This document shows positions 1 to 15,951 of a DNA stretch of 64,000 nucleotides, piece by piece. Both the position numbers and the translations under genes were made by a program. The stretch's first letter is position 1. Every line of letters starts with the position of its first letter. Source of the DNA: the human T2T-CHM13v2.0 reference genome, Homo sapiens; assembly GCF_009914755.1 (NCBI RefSeq), contig NC_060932.1; one strand, written 5' to 3'. The notes below the pieces were generated by a model. The model was not told the origin of the DNA, did no database searches, and saw only the letters and a list, made by a program, of their open reading frames with translations.

Positions 1-289
1 GGGGGACAAGGAGGAAACATCCCCAAGGGTAAGATTTCAGAGGGTTGCAAAATTCCAGGGCAGCAGCCAGTGTGAGACAGGGCTGTACATGGCTGTTCAC
101 AAGAGCCAGCAGAAGAAGTATGGCCAGATACGTCCACCTTCAGTGTTGCATATTGGGATCAAAGGAGAAATAGAAATTGAGAGGTTTCAAGGATGTTCAA
201 CACAAGGAGATGCATCTTAAATAAGACTAGCATCTGGGGCTGCCACCATTGAAACATTCTCATTTTTTCAAGAAAAATGATAGTCAGGC

Positions 290-495
290 ACTACTATGCA
301 TCTTATATTTATTACTTCATTTATAATTACATCATCCTATGAAGTTGGGCACTAACAGCATTTTATATGTATTACTTCATTTATAATTACATTATCCTAT
401 GAAGTTGGGCACTAATAGCATTACAACTTTATAGATGAGGAAATTGGGACACAGAGAGATTAAATAGCTTGTCCAAGATCATATAGTTAGTGCTC
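290..495. mobile_element. MIR remnant carrying a 60-bp tandem duplication (301-420)
   Basis: MIR core ttatagatgaggaaattgggacacagagagattaaatagcttgtccaagatc at about 429-480; 301-360 and 361-420 are 56/60 identical. Confidence 0.75.
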
Positions 496-729
496 TTGGT
501 AGAGTGTCATGGAGACCGGCACCACTCTTATGAATGCAGGGTGACTCTGATGGATGGTCTTTTCCTCTCCAAGAGTTAGCCATTCTTTTTTAAATGGTGA
601 AGACCACTGGACTTAGGCAGGGTATGGAGGGAGGCATTTTGGGAAACTTGGGAGTGCTTCTGCCTCATTCCTGATTTTCAATCTATGAGAAGACTCCTTC
701 CCTAAATGCTCTTGGCTTCTTGTTTCATC

Positions 730-4370
<3,641 letters not shown>

Positions 4371-4539
4371 GAACCAGAAATGTTTATTATTGCCCTAGGA
4401 ACCTAGGAGAAGACGGGTTGTGGCTTTGTGTCCCTAGGTATTTGGAGGATGGGGAGAAGCTGTCCATAAGTGGTAGCAGGGATCCAGCAATATGGTGGCA
4501 GGCTGGACTAAAGGAGAGATGACTGGGAAGCAATTTCCT

Positions 4540-5940
4540 GTGGTGCATGACAGCTGATGGATGGATGTCAGAAACAGTGGTGTCTGATGATCCATTTGAA
4601 GCCATTTCCTCCTCTATATTGCTATTACTGTCCATCTCCCCCTAAATTTTCAGTAAGCACCTATTATATAAAGCACCTTAGTATTAAAAAATGAAGGAGA
4701 TGAAAGAGAAGGTTATGCAGTTGTATGTTGGCCCAAGAAGAGTGGGAGAGGTGGCAGGGCCAGCGATGAAGAGCCTGCCAGAGTGATGGAGGCCTGAGCA
4801 AGGAGCAAGTTGGTGAAGAAAGATTAGGACATTGCCATGTGGAGTCGCTGTGGAAGCCTGTTTGTTCTCAGAGCTCAGTGGAGAAGAGGTAAAAGTAGGG
4901 ACCAGTAGCTGAGTCATTATGAGAAAGAGGGTTTCATGGTGGTGGAAGTGACACATTGCCTCGATTCTCTTGAAGCTTTCTGCTTTGTTGCTTGAGTGGA
5001 GAGAAGCACCTCTGCTATTGCGTATGGAGGGAAGCTCTTTGCATGGATTTTGAAGGCGGCCTCTGCATTTCGGACTACTGGGTGCTCCCCCACAGGCTCC
5101 TAACACCTTGCTGCTTCTCCAGGTGGGGTCTGATGTGGAGTCAGCTCACAGACCTGCCATTCCTCTCTCATAGTACTCTTCATTCCAGTGATATCTTGGC
5201 CTGCTTCATGAACCCTGAGCCCAGAGTTCCTAAAGCACCAAACCCAGTGAAGCAGAGACACTTCTGGCATGGGTCTGTGGGTTGCTTCTCAGGGGCCAGG
5301 CCAGCAAGAATGATTCAGCACACAGGCCAACCTGTGCAAGCTTTATGCATGCATTTTAGGGCAATGGGAAGAGTGGTGAGTGAGGTTTATGGTAAATCTT
5401 TAACCACATTCAATTTTTTCTAAGACTTTTCTGCTTTAGAACATGTAGAAATGGAGAAATGACCAGGGGCTGCACAATGCTGTGCTTATTATATTGCTGT
5501 AGAGAGAAGGATGCTGCCAGCTCTCCATAGCCTGGGGTGAACTTGGCCTATGTAATGAGGTAGCAGGGAGTCAGGCAGGTGAGTTCTTCCTCTTGTATTG
5601 CCTTTTCCAGTAAATGCCAATACACTCCCCAGCTCACCTTTACCTAACATCTAGGTCTTAATCCAAGTTGTCCTCCCACTCCCCAGGGTGAATTGATCTT
5701 CCTGCCACGGCACCTCCTGAGCATCTGTTGGCTGAGTCTCCATCCCCACCCGTGAAAACAGCCTTGTGATGTGCTGTTTAATATCACAGAATGGAAACAG
5801 TGTTTTGATTCACCAGGATCCAAACACTCTTTTTGTAGAATCTACAAAGTGACATGGATGGCCATATTTTAGAGGACTGTTCCTGCAGCTGGTGGGGAAG
5901 CCCTGGTGAGGAGCAGTACAGCAGGCTGTTCTGGCTGGCT
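4540..5940. promoter_or_regulatory. TG: Probable TG upstream enhancer region (about -3.6 to -2.2 kb)
   Basis: Non-repetitive block between L1 and MLT1; strong NKX2-type motif CTTGAGTGG at 4991-4999; position matches the recalled human upstream enhancer. Limits not resolvable from sequence. Confidence 0.45.
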
Positions 5941-6389
5941 CGTTCTGAGCTGTAGGGATGTGACGGAGGCAGGAAGAGTGAGGATGCAGAGGAGGGGAGG
6001 ACCAAGGAAGTAGAAATGAGCAGCAGCCTGGTAGGACCTGGAGGCTGGTAAGACTTGAGGGGAGAAGCCTAGGATGGGGCTCGGATTTACTATCACAGAG
6101 ACAGCCAATGGGGTGATGTCAGGAGAAAGGTTGAGGAGTTCAGGTTGGGATATGTTGAATTTGAAATACCTGTAGGGTGTCCAGGCAGAGTGGACCTGAG
6201 CTCAAAAAAGTCTGGCTGGAGACTGAGCTAGAGAGAGATGTGGGAGTTCCAGGCATGTGTGGTCCCCAAGAAGGACGGGCAGAGCACGGGTTCTCCCCTG
6301 TTTTTAATCCCATACCCTGACACTTCAAATGACTGTTGTGTTTTACTTTCTCTAGTTTACATCAGGAACCCAACAATGATGACAGTAGC

Positions 6390-6779
6390 TGTTATGGACT
6401 GAATTGTGTTCTCCCCCCAAATCCATATGCTGAAGTCCTAAAACCAGGACCTCAGAATGTGACCGCATTTGAAGGTAGGGTCTTTAAAGAGGTAATTAAG
6501 TGCACAATGAGGTCACAAGGATGGGCTCTAATCCAATATGACTGGTGTACTTAAAGGAAATAAATATTAAGACACAAACACACACAGGGAAGACCAAGTG
6601 AGGATACAGGGAGGAGATGGCCATCTGCAAGCCCAGGAGAGGAGTCTCCAAAGAAACCAACAGTGCTGACACTTTGATCTTGGATTTCCAGCCTTCAGAA
6701 CTATGAGAAAATAAATTTCTGTTACTTAAGCCACCCAGTCTGTGATAGTTTGTGATGACACCCATAGCAGACTAGTACA
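6390..6779 (+). mobile_element. Solo MaLR LTR (MLT1A/B-like) with 5-bp target-site duplication GTAGC
   Basis: TGTTATGGACTGAATTGTG...AATAAATTTCTGTT...ACTAGTACA; GTAGC at 6385-6389 and 6780-6784. Confidence 0.9.
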
Positions 6780-7624
6780 GTAGCTAACACTGGATACTTA
6801 TTATGTGTCAAATACTGTTTTAAGCACTTTGCATATTTTAACACATTTAATATTCATAGCAACCCTATTTGTGGAAGGTAGTACAGTCTACGGCACGGCA
6901 GCTATATCGGCCCCTTTATTTTCCCCAGGGTTTGGAGTCTCTTCCACTTTCCAGCTTGTCCTCCTGCCCTTCACTCTACCCGGGACCATATCCTCCAGAT
7001 TCTCACAGGTCCCTCCATCTCTCCTCAGGTGCCAGGCTCAGCAACCTGCCCTCATTACCTGCCAGTTCCTGACCCTATCTGTCACTAGCTCCTTACCTGG
7101 CTGGATTGGTCTTCTGAATACTTGCCATTCCCTGGCATGATGCTTTTGCAAAATAAGAAAATCAATAATAATAATAATAACTGCTAGTGTCTAATAAGCA
7201 TGTGCTCTTCAATGTCTATTCTCTTACAACTACCTTAACAAATAGGGACATATTATTATTCTCCTTTTAACTTTGCTTTCCAGAGAAGGAGGCTGGGGCT
7301 CAGGGAGATGAGGTGAGTTTTTCCAGGTCTCACAGGAACAGGACTGAAGGAAGGAAGCCATGTTTGCCAGGAGAAACCAAATGGACATACAGGCTTTCTG
7401 TGGAATACACAGTTCCTGCTATCTTTTGGTTGACAAAGTCTGAGGTCCTAGGAAAGAGAGGAAAGTAATAGAAATATGAATATGAGTGTGTGTGTATTTT
7501 GCTTCCCTCACCAAAGTTTTCACAGTCTATATTAATGAGGGCACGATTTTGCCTGTTTTGTTCTCTGCCATATCCTCATTGTCTAGATTAGGTGCCTGCT
7601 ACTGTGGAGCTCTAAGAGGTTGTT

Positions 7625-7833
7625 AGAGAAAGAATAGAAGAAAGAAAAGAAGGAAGGAAGGAAAGAAGGAAGAAAGAAAAGAAAGAGGGAAGGAAGGAAA
7701 GAAAGAAGGAAGAATGAAAGGAAAGAAGGATAGAAGGGAGAAAGGAAGGAAAGAAGAAAGAAAGGAAGAAAGGAAAGAAGGAAGGAGGAAGGAGAAGGAG
7801 AAAGGGTAGGGTGGGGAAGGAAAGAACAAAGGA
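7625..7833 (+). repeat. ~209-bp polypurine tract (GAAA/GGAA-rich)
   Basis: Almost entirely A/G with only a handful of T/C interruptions, about -512 to -304 from the TSS. Confidence 0.95.
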
Positions 7834-7970
7834 TTGCTTTTCCCTCACTGTGGGCTTGAGCCTGTTCCCTCCAAAGATACAGAGCTTTGGTCTTTACCCA
7901 TAAAAAAGGATTTTGAAGTCACCCCACCCCGTTCTGTTCCCCCACAGTTTAGACAAGATCCTCATGCTCC

Positions 7971-8075
7971 ACTGGCCACACGAGTGCCCTCAGGAGGAGT
8001 AGACACAGGTGGAGGGAGCTCCTTTTGACCAGCAGAGAAAACAGGATGGGGCACTGCCTCACTGAGGACCTGGGG
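7971..8075 (+). promoter_or_regulatory. TG: Proximal thyroid-specific promoter: NKX2-1 sites A (~7971-7994) and B (~7996-8015), FOXE1 K site (~8026-8047), PAX8/NKX2-1 site C (~8052-8075)
   Basis: TGACCAGCAGAGAAAACAGG resembles the recalled rat Tg K site; order and spacing of A-B-K-C upstream of TATA fit the known Tg promoter layout. Boundaries approximate. Confidence 0.75.
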
Positions 8076-8103
8076 GTGGGAAGGAAAGTGCCAACGGCAG
8101 CTC

Positions 8104-8110
8104 TATAAAA
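8104..8110 (+). promoter_or_regulatory. TG: TATA box of the TG promoter
   Basis: TATAAAA about 30 nt upstream of the inferred TSS (about 8138). Confidence 0.93.
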
Positions 8111-8178
8111 GCTCCCTGGCCAGGGGACCTAGGGCAAGCAGTGGTTTCTCCTCCTTCCTCCCAGGAAGGGCCAGGAAA

Positions 8179-8245
8179 ATGGCCCTGGTCCTGGAGATCT
8201 TCACCCTGCTGGCCTCCATCTGCTGGGTGTCGGCCAATATCTTCG
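8179..8245 (+). CDS. TG: TG exon 1 coding part (c.1-67): signal peptide and mature N-terminus NIF; 41-nt 5'UTR at about 8138-8178
   Basis: ATG at 8179 in context gaaaATGG; MALVLEIFTLLASICWVSANIF; donor G|GTAAGT at 8246. Confidence 0.98.
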
Positions 8246-9291
8246 GTAAGTTCTGAGGCCATGGAGCCAGGCGGTGGGGAGGGAGCTCCAGTGTCAGCCA
8301 GGCTCTGCCCTGGGCCTTCGAACAGGTGCGATCTAATTTAATCTTCACAAATTCCCACATGTCAGTGATTTGCTTTTTTTTTTTCAGATGAAGAGGCAGA
8401 TTTAGAGAGCCGAACTGAATTACTTGAGGTCACAGAGCTAGTGATTGATGGAGCAGAAATGGGAAATGTGGTTGATCTTCCTAATTCAATTCTAGGTCCT
8501 CCTCACCCCACCATTTTGGCAAACTTTTGGCATTGACCTTGGGTTTTTATCCCCTTAGCTATTCCAAAGTCTGTGTCATCCATAACAGGTATTTTAGAAG
8601 CAGTAGAAAAAGAAATCTACCTATGAAGTGAAATAGCCCTAAGTTCTGTCTTTGGCTCAGCCACTTACCCATATGACTTCGGGCAAAGTGCCAAGCTTCT
8701 GTTTTTTTTTTTTTTTTTCATTTAAAAAGTAAACAAATAACACACACCTCATGATGCGGTTGTGATTTCTGGGTAGGACCCTATGTGTTACAAGAGTTCT
8801 CAATGGAAAAATAAGTCATGTACATTATTAATTAATTGGTATTTCAATGTTTATCTGGAACATGTTACATCTGCAGGGCATGGCTTGATAGATTCAAGAA
8901 GAACTTCCTTACGGTTCTCTAACTTACTCCAAATAGCCTCATGGGAATTGCGGCAGGGTGGGGGCGGGCGGGGAACGTGTAGTCCCAGCGTTGATTTTGG
9001 GATCCTTCACTTGCCAGTTACGTGACTTTGGGCAGACGACTTTCGCTGCCTGAGACTTGGTGCCTCATGAGTGACAAGGATATATTGCCTGTCACCTCTT
9101 AGGAGAATGTTGCACATTAAATGAGCTAATGTCATACTTGTAAAAAAGTGTGCTTAGCTGCCAAATTTTAAAATAGGCTGTCATAGGTAATGATGATGAC
9201 CCTGGAAAAGCATCTGTGCTTATGAGAGCCCGTCTCTGTCCTGGCAGCCCAGTCCACACTCTTCTCTGATGAACCACTTTTCTTTTCCTAG

Positions 9292-9400
9292 AGTACCAGG
9301 TGGATGCCCAGCCCCTTCGTCCCTGTGAGCTGCAGAGGGAAACGGCCTTTCTGAAGCAAGCAGACTACGTGCCCCAGTGTGCAGAGGATGGCAGCTTCCA
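9292..9400 (+). CDS. TG: TG exon 2 (c.68-176), contains hormonogenic acceptor Tyr24 (mature Tyr5)
   Basis: Acceptor ttttcttttcctag; EYQVDAQPLRPCELQRETAFLKQADYVPQCAEDGSF; donor GTAAGG; TAC at 9294-9296. Confidence 0.98.
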
Positions 9401-9517
9401 GTAAGGCTTATGTCAGCAGCGAACTCTCAAGGTCCAAGATGCCATAAAAAGCATCTTGTGCCTTCCCCCCTCTTCCTGAGCTCTGCCCTGCAACTCCTTT
9501 GTGCATGTGAGGCTTGG

Positions 9518-9583
9518 CCACTGTCATTTGGAGGTGCCTGCCTTTCAGTTCCACTGTCATTTGGAGGTGCCTGCCTTTCAGTT
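9518..9583. repeat. Perfect 33-bp tandem duplication in intron 2
   Basis: ccactgtcatttggaggtgcctgcctttcagtt at 9518-9550 and 9551-9583. Confidence 0.95.
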
Positions 9584-10905
9584 CCCCAAGCTGTTCAACA
9601 CTGGACAATCTGACCAAGTGAACCCCAATCCATGCTTCATCCTCCCACTGCCCTCCCTTCTCTTCTTGCCATCACTTTTTCTGTGATGGCTTGAATAAAC
9701 GGCACGTGTGGGGAGTGGGGCAGGTTGAGGAGAGTGTCAAATGATCTGTGCTTTGGGACCTCTCCCTCCTCCAAGTATCCTCTTGAGAAGCTGGGGTGGT
9801 GGAAGCAGAGGCTGCCTTGACTTCCTAGTCCTTAGCTGCCACCGACCCTGCCCGGACTAGCTCTCTAGGCTGCCTCTGGGCTTCTGGGTCGCTGTCTCCA
9901 CATTGAGCTGCTCTCTGAAAGGGGTTTCTCCAGCTGCCCTAATGCAGACTTGGGGCCTGAGACCCTCTCTGTGGAGAGTGTGGTAATAATCTAGACAATT
10001 CTTCCCTGCAGAATAGACAGGAATCCTTTGCAATGTGCATGCATTGAAATTTCCTTGTGCTATTCCAGTCATGTTGAATCAGGGGAACTCCATTTATATA
10101 ACTGCGTTCTGGGAAATGTCTGTGAAACCTCCCTCCCTGCTGCTATCTTATGTACACTCTTAATGTGCCTAACCTTCCACGAGTGTGCAGAGATGCTGCT
10201 AGAGCAGTCCCTGCTTAGATCACTGGGAATTCTGGAACAGCAAGGAAGGAGTTAAGGAGGAAGTCTCACTTTCACCAGCCTTATTTATATTCCCATTCCC
10301 AACTCTCTTGTTCTGGCCTCTTGCAGTTTCAAACCTGGCCTCTCTTCAGGAGGCTTTGCATATGCTGTTCCCTTTACCTGGAATATCTTTTACCTTCTTA
10401 TACCTCTGACCATCCTGCAGGTCTCAGTTCAGTCATCATTTCTGGGGAGTCAACTCTATGGCCTGGCCTGACCCCACCCATGTGCTTCCCAATATACCCT
10501 GCTGGCCCCTGATCCCACTAACATCCCACCCCCAAGCCCCCACTCCCTATCCATACAATGTGGGCACTGCCTTTACCCTCTGCAGCCTCATAATGCCTGA
10601 GGACACTTGGTGGATGTGGCTGAAGCCCTGCACTCCAGGGTGGGTCACTTGTTTTGGGGCTGGCAGGCTGGACAGGTGGTGAATGAATGGCTGGGGCAGG
10701 AGGCAGAGCAGGTGCTAGCCAGGCAGGAAAAGTGGGGCCTTTCCTTTCCCAGGTCAGCCACCCTTCTCCACTCCACTCTCTCCCTAATTTAAACGAACCA
10801 AAACTTGCAAGAATGGAAATGAAGAAGAAAAGTAGCCTGAGTGGGAGCCGGCATGTGGCTTTGGGGGCCCATCCCAGGGTCACCTGGTCTGTGTCTCCTC
10901 CTCAG

Positions 10906-11003
10906 GACTGTCCAGTGCCAGAACGACGGCCGCTCCTGCTGGTGTGTGGGTGCCAACGGCAGTGAAGTGCTGGGCAGCAGGCAGCCAGGACGGCCTGTGG
11001 CTT
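10906..11003 (+). CDS. TG: TG exon 3 (c.177-274)
   Basis: Acceptor ctcctcctcag; TVQCQNDGRSCWCVGANGSEVLGSRQPGRPVA; donor GTAAGT. Confidence 0.98.
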
Positions 11004-11745
11004 GTAAGTGGGAGTGGGGGACGTCCCTTGGAGGGACCCTGCTAGGACAACTCACTTCCAGGAATGAGCACTGGGTTTGGGTGGGTGACTGAGCAGGTCC
11101 TCCCTCTGGGCTGCTGGCTTCTCCTCTGTGAATAAGAATCATCCCTGCAAGCCATGGAAGGCCCTATTTCCTGCAGGGCCACTGTGAAAGTCCAGTCATT
11201 TGTTCAATAAATATCTACCCAGTTCCTCCCATGAGCCACATGCTGAGAAGACAATGGTGAACAGACATCAACATCTCCTGAAATCAGAAAGTGACCAGAA
11301 AAATATGAGTGCCTTCTCACCCGTGGTGTGAGGAGTTTCTAAAATTTAAGACTTGGGTCAAAGCTATCCAGTTAAGATAATTATTATAGTGAGTAATCAA
11401 AGAAACACAGTCCCTATTTAAAGCATGTCATAACTCTAAAACAATGGTTAACTTAAGCCAACCACCTCAAAATGAGGAAATTGAGCCTAAAACCAAAACT
11501 ATCCTTTGACGGATTAAAAGCTCTGTTTGGGGTACTGGTTTTATGCATCTAGTATGGTTGTCATGGGGGCACGCTGGCCCCATACTCTCCTGCTGTGTGA
11601 GCTTGGCTGAGTCAGGCATCCTCACTGAGCTATGGGTCCTCATCTGTAACATGAATATAGCATCTGCCTTGTATGATGTGAGGATTTAGAACACGTGTAA
11701 ACACTAGGCACATAGTAGGTATTCAATAGGGGCGATCATTGCTAA

Positions 11746-12150
11746 TGTCTCAGTCCATTTGTGTTGTTATAAAGAAATGCCTGCGGCTAGATAATTTATA
11801 AAGAAAAGAGATGTGTTTGGCTCACAGCTCTGCAGGCTGTGCTGAAGCATGCCACTAGCTTCTGCTGCTGCTGAGGACCTCAGGCTGCTTCCACTCATGG
11901 TACAAGGGGAAGAGGAACCATCTGTGCAGAGATCATGTGAGAGAGAAAGCTAGAGAGATAGAAGGTGGAGGTGCCAGGCTCTTTTTAACATTCAGCTCTT
12001 ATGGACACTAATAGAGCTGGAACTCACTCACTCTGAGGGAAGGCATTCATCTCTTCATAAGGGATCCACTTCCAGGACTCAAACACCTCCCACATTGGGG
12101 ATCAGATTTCAACATGAGATTTGGAGGGGACAAATGCTGAAACTGTGGCA
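11746..12150 (-). mobile_element. MaLR LTR (MST-like), intron 3
   Basis: tgtctcagtccatttgtgttgttataaagaaa...tttcaacatgagatttggaggggacaaa...ca; flanks gctaa/gttaa. Confidence 0.85.
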
Positions 12151-12524
12151 GTTAATGTCACTAGCCTACAAGCAGAGTGGTGAAGCAGCTTCCCCAGGAT
12201 CACACAGAGAGCCCGTGGAGAAAACTGGACTCAGAAAAGCTCTGTTAATGCCAGGCCTGCACTCTGATCCCATCTCCCCTCCACAGGACCGTGCTCTGGG
12301 GTACCTGACTGATGTGGCACCAGCGAGATCAGCCCTTCTCTGACTCAGTCCACAGGATACTAGCTAGGCCTGTTCTGTGGCTGCCACCCCATCACTGCGT
12401 GTCCTTGGGCGGGTCATTCCCCTCTCAGCTGTGTCCCCTTGGGAAGGGAGCATGAGTTTTCCTGGGCTCTGCCCCCTGGAAATTTCCCTGCAGTTCTATC
12501 TAACATTGCTCCTTGTACCCACAG

Positions 12525-12728
12525 GTCTGTCATTTTGTCAGCTACAGAAACAGCAGATCTTACTGAGTGGCTACATTAACAGCACAGACACCTCCTACCT
12601 CCCTCAGTGTCAGGATTCAGGGGACTACGCGCCTGTTCAGTGTGATGTGCAGCAGGTCCAGTGCTGGTGTGTGGACGCAGAGGGGATGGAGGTGTATGGG
12701 ACCCGCCAGCTGGGGAGGCCAAAGCGAT
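12525..12728 (+). CDS. TG: TG exon 4 (c.275-478), a complete type-1 repeat with Tyr108 and Tyr149
   Basis: Acceptor cccacag; LSFCQLQKQQ...QCWCVDAEGMEVYGTRQLGRPKR; donor GTGAGT. Confidence 0.98.
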
Positions 12729-13027
12729 GTGAGTTTCACTGAGCGCCTGCACCCCTAGAGCTGGGGAGGGGCTGAAGCTTTCCTCACTGCGATCCAACAC
12801 ATTTAGGGTTTCCTGCCGAAGTGGGCAGAGAACCAGGCCCTCATTAGGGAAAATGAAAGCTTCAAAGGGAAGGTTTTATTATTCTCATATTTCCATATGG
12901 TAGACAAGCCATATTCACTGGCTGATCATTAGAAACATAAACAGGATTTCACTGAACGTTGTGAGTCTCCTGTTGCAGACCTGAGTCACTGCATGGGTCT
13001 CTAACTGTCACGTGTATAGTATAAGCA

Positions 13028-14166
<1,139 letters not shown>

Positions 14167-14237
14167 CATATGCTGCTCGACTGCAGAAATATGTGTCTAC
14201 TCATATATAAGGATTTTTTTTTCGTGAAAATGTTTAG

Positions 14238-14397
14238 GTCCAAGGAGCTGTGAAATAAGAAATCGTCGTCTTCTCCACGGGGTGGGAGATAAGTCACCAC
14301 CCCAGTGTTCTGCGGAGGGAGAGTTTATGCCTGTCCAGTGCAAATTTGTCAACACCACAGACATGATGATTTTTGATCTGGTCCACAGCTACAACAG
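14238..14397 (+). CDS. TG: TG exon 5 (c.479-638)
   Basis: Acceptor tgtttag; PRSCEIRNRRLLHGVGDKSPPQCSAEGEFMPVQCKFVNTTDMMIFDLVHSYN; donor GTAAGG. Confidence 0.97.
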
Positions 14398-14619
14398 GTA
14401 AGGGGAGCAGGGGTGTGCCAGTCACTGGGCCATCACCTGACGCAGCCCACACTCACCTTGAGCTGGGGGCCTCCATGTGTCATACGTGCAGCATGATAAG
14501 GAATTAAGAGCTGCCTCATTCTCATGAGCTGTCCTGGGCATCTAAAGTGCCACGGCGTTTTTTAACAAGGCAAACTGGCAATTGATATTTAATGAAAAAT
14601 AGATGTGCCCTCTGGCCAA

Positions 14620-15020
14620 TGAAATGTAAAACATCAGAATGTGAAGACATATCGGCTAGGGTGCCTACTACATCATTTTTCATTGTAGCAGGAAACCGGG
14701 AGCAAAGTGATCATCAAAAGGTGGCTTGCTGAATAAATGTGAATCTGCCATAAATATTTATGTAGCCATTAAAAAGACTGCGTTAGAGCTGCTAGAACAT
14801 TTGATCTGGAGAGGAGGCCACAGTATATTATGATAATACAATACAAGATACAAAGCACAGATAATATAATATAATATGCTTAAATTTTTAAAGAACAAAT
14901 GAGCAAAAAGATTCTTTATTTGTGCTTATGTGACTATATTATTATGCAGGTCTCTATATAAGACTATGTGAGCACAGAGGGTAAGAGGAAGGAGCATAAA
15001 GTGCATGGTTATCCTGGGCT
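14620..15020 (+). mobile_element. Old L1 (L1ME-like) 3' fragment, sense, at the start of intron 5
   Basis: gaataaatgt...atgtagccattaaaaaga resembles the L1M 3' region. Heavily diverged. Confidence 0.5.
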
Positions 15021-15064
15021 GCTTTAGGGCCAGGGCTGCTCTGCAGAAGAAAGAGTAGGCAGAA

Positions 15065-15374
<310 letters not shown>

Positions 15375-15871
15375 CAAGAGGAGGCAGAAAGGGGATCTGC
15401 AGGAGAGGAAAAAAGGCAGCACTCCCAAAAGCATGGATATCATTATATTTGTGAATTTTTGTAAACTGTGTGTATACGTGCACTTACAAATAACTTTAAA
15501 AATGTAAATAATGAATATAAACAGAGAGAGGCATTATAGATCTTGACCCAAATAGCCAGAGTAGCTTCTGGTCATCCACACTGGCCACTGGTTTCTTGTA
15601 AAGGGTTCACGCAGACTTTAGATGTAATTGAACCATTTGGAGTAGAAAGAAATATGAATACTAGTCTGCAAAGACTGATATGAATTCTCTTGGAGAACTT
15701 GAGCCTCTCTTTGGCTGGTTTCCAAAACAACCAGTTTCTTTCCATGTGTGAGGGAGGAAATTCTCATGGGCTGTGCCAGGAGGAATCTCAGACTAGCAGC
15801 CTGTGTGCAGAACTGTCCCACAGGCAGACTTTATTTGAACTGCATCATATTTTAAAAACTGGAAACTTTTA

Positions 15872-15951
15872 TTAGGTTGAACCCCATGAAATTTCTATTT
15901 TTGTAGGTTAAAAAATAGTTGAACATGAGAAGTTTCACATGTTCAACCTAA
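15872..15951. mobile_element. MADE2 mariner-derived MITE (80 bp)
   Basis: Terminal inverted repeats ttaggttgaac...gttcaacctaa; internal tttttgtaggttaaaaa; TA on the left flank. Confidence 0.8.

Noticed and set aside
7612-7848. Phe/Leu/Ser-rich 'membrane' ORFs here and at 58079-58498
   Set aside because: Products of purine/pyrimidine simple repeats.
9518-9585. Direct repeats as a CRISPR-like array (also 301-420)
   Set aside because: Only two abutting copies with no spacers, in human intronic DNA.
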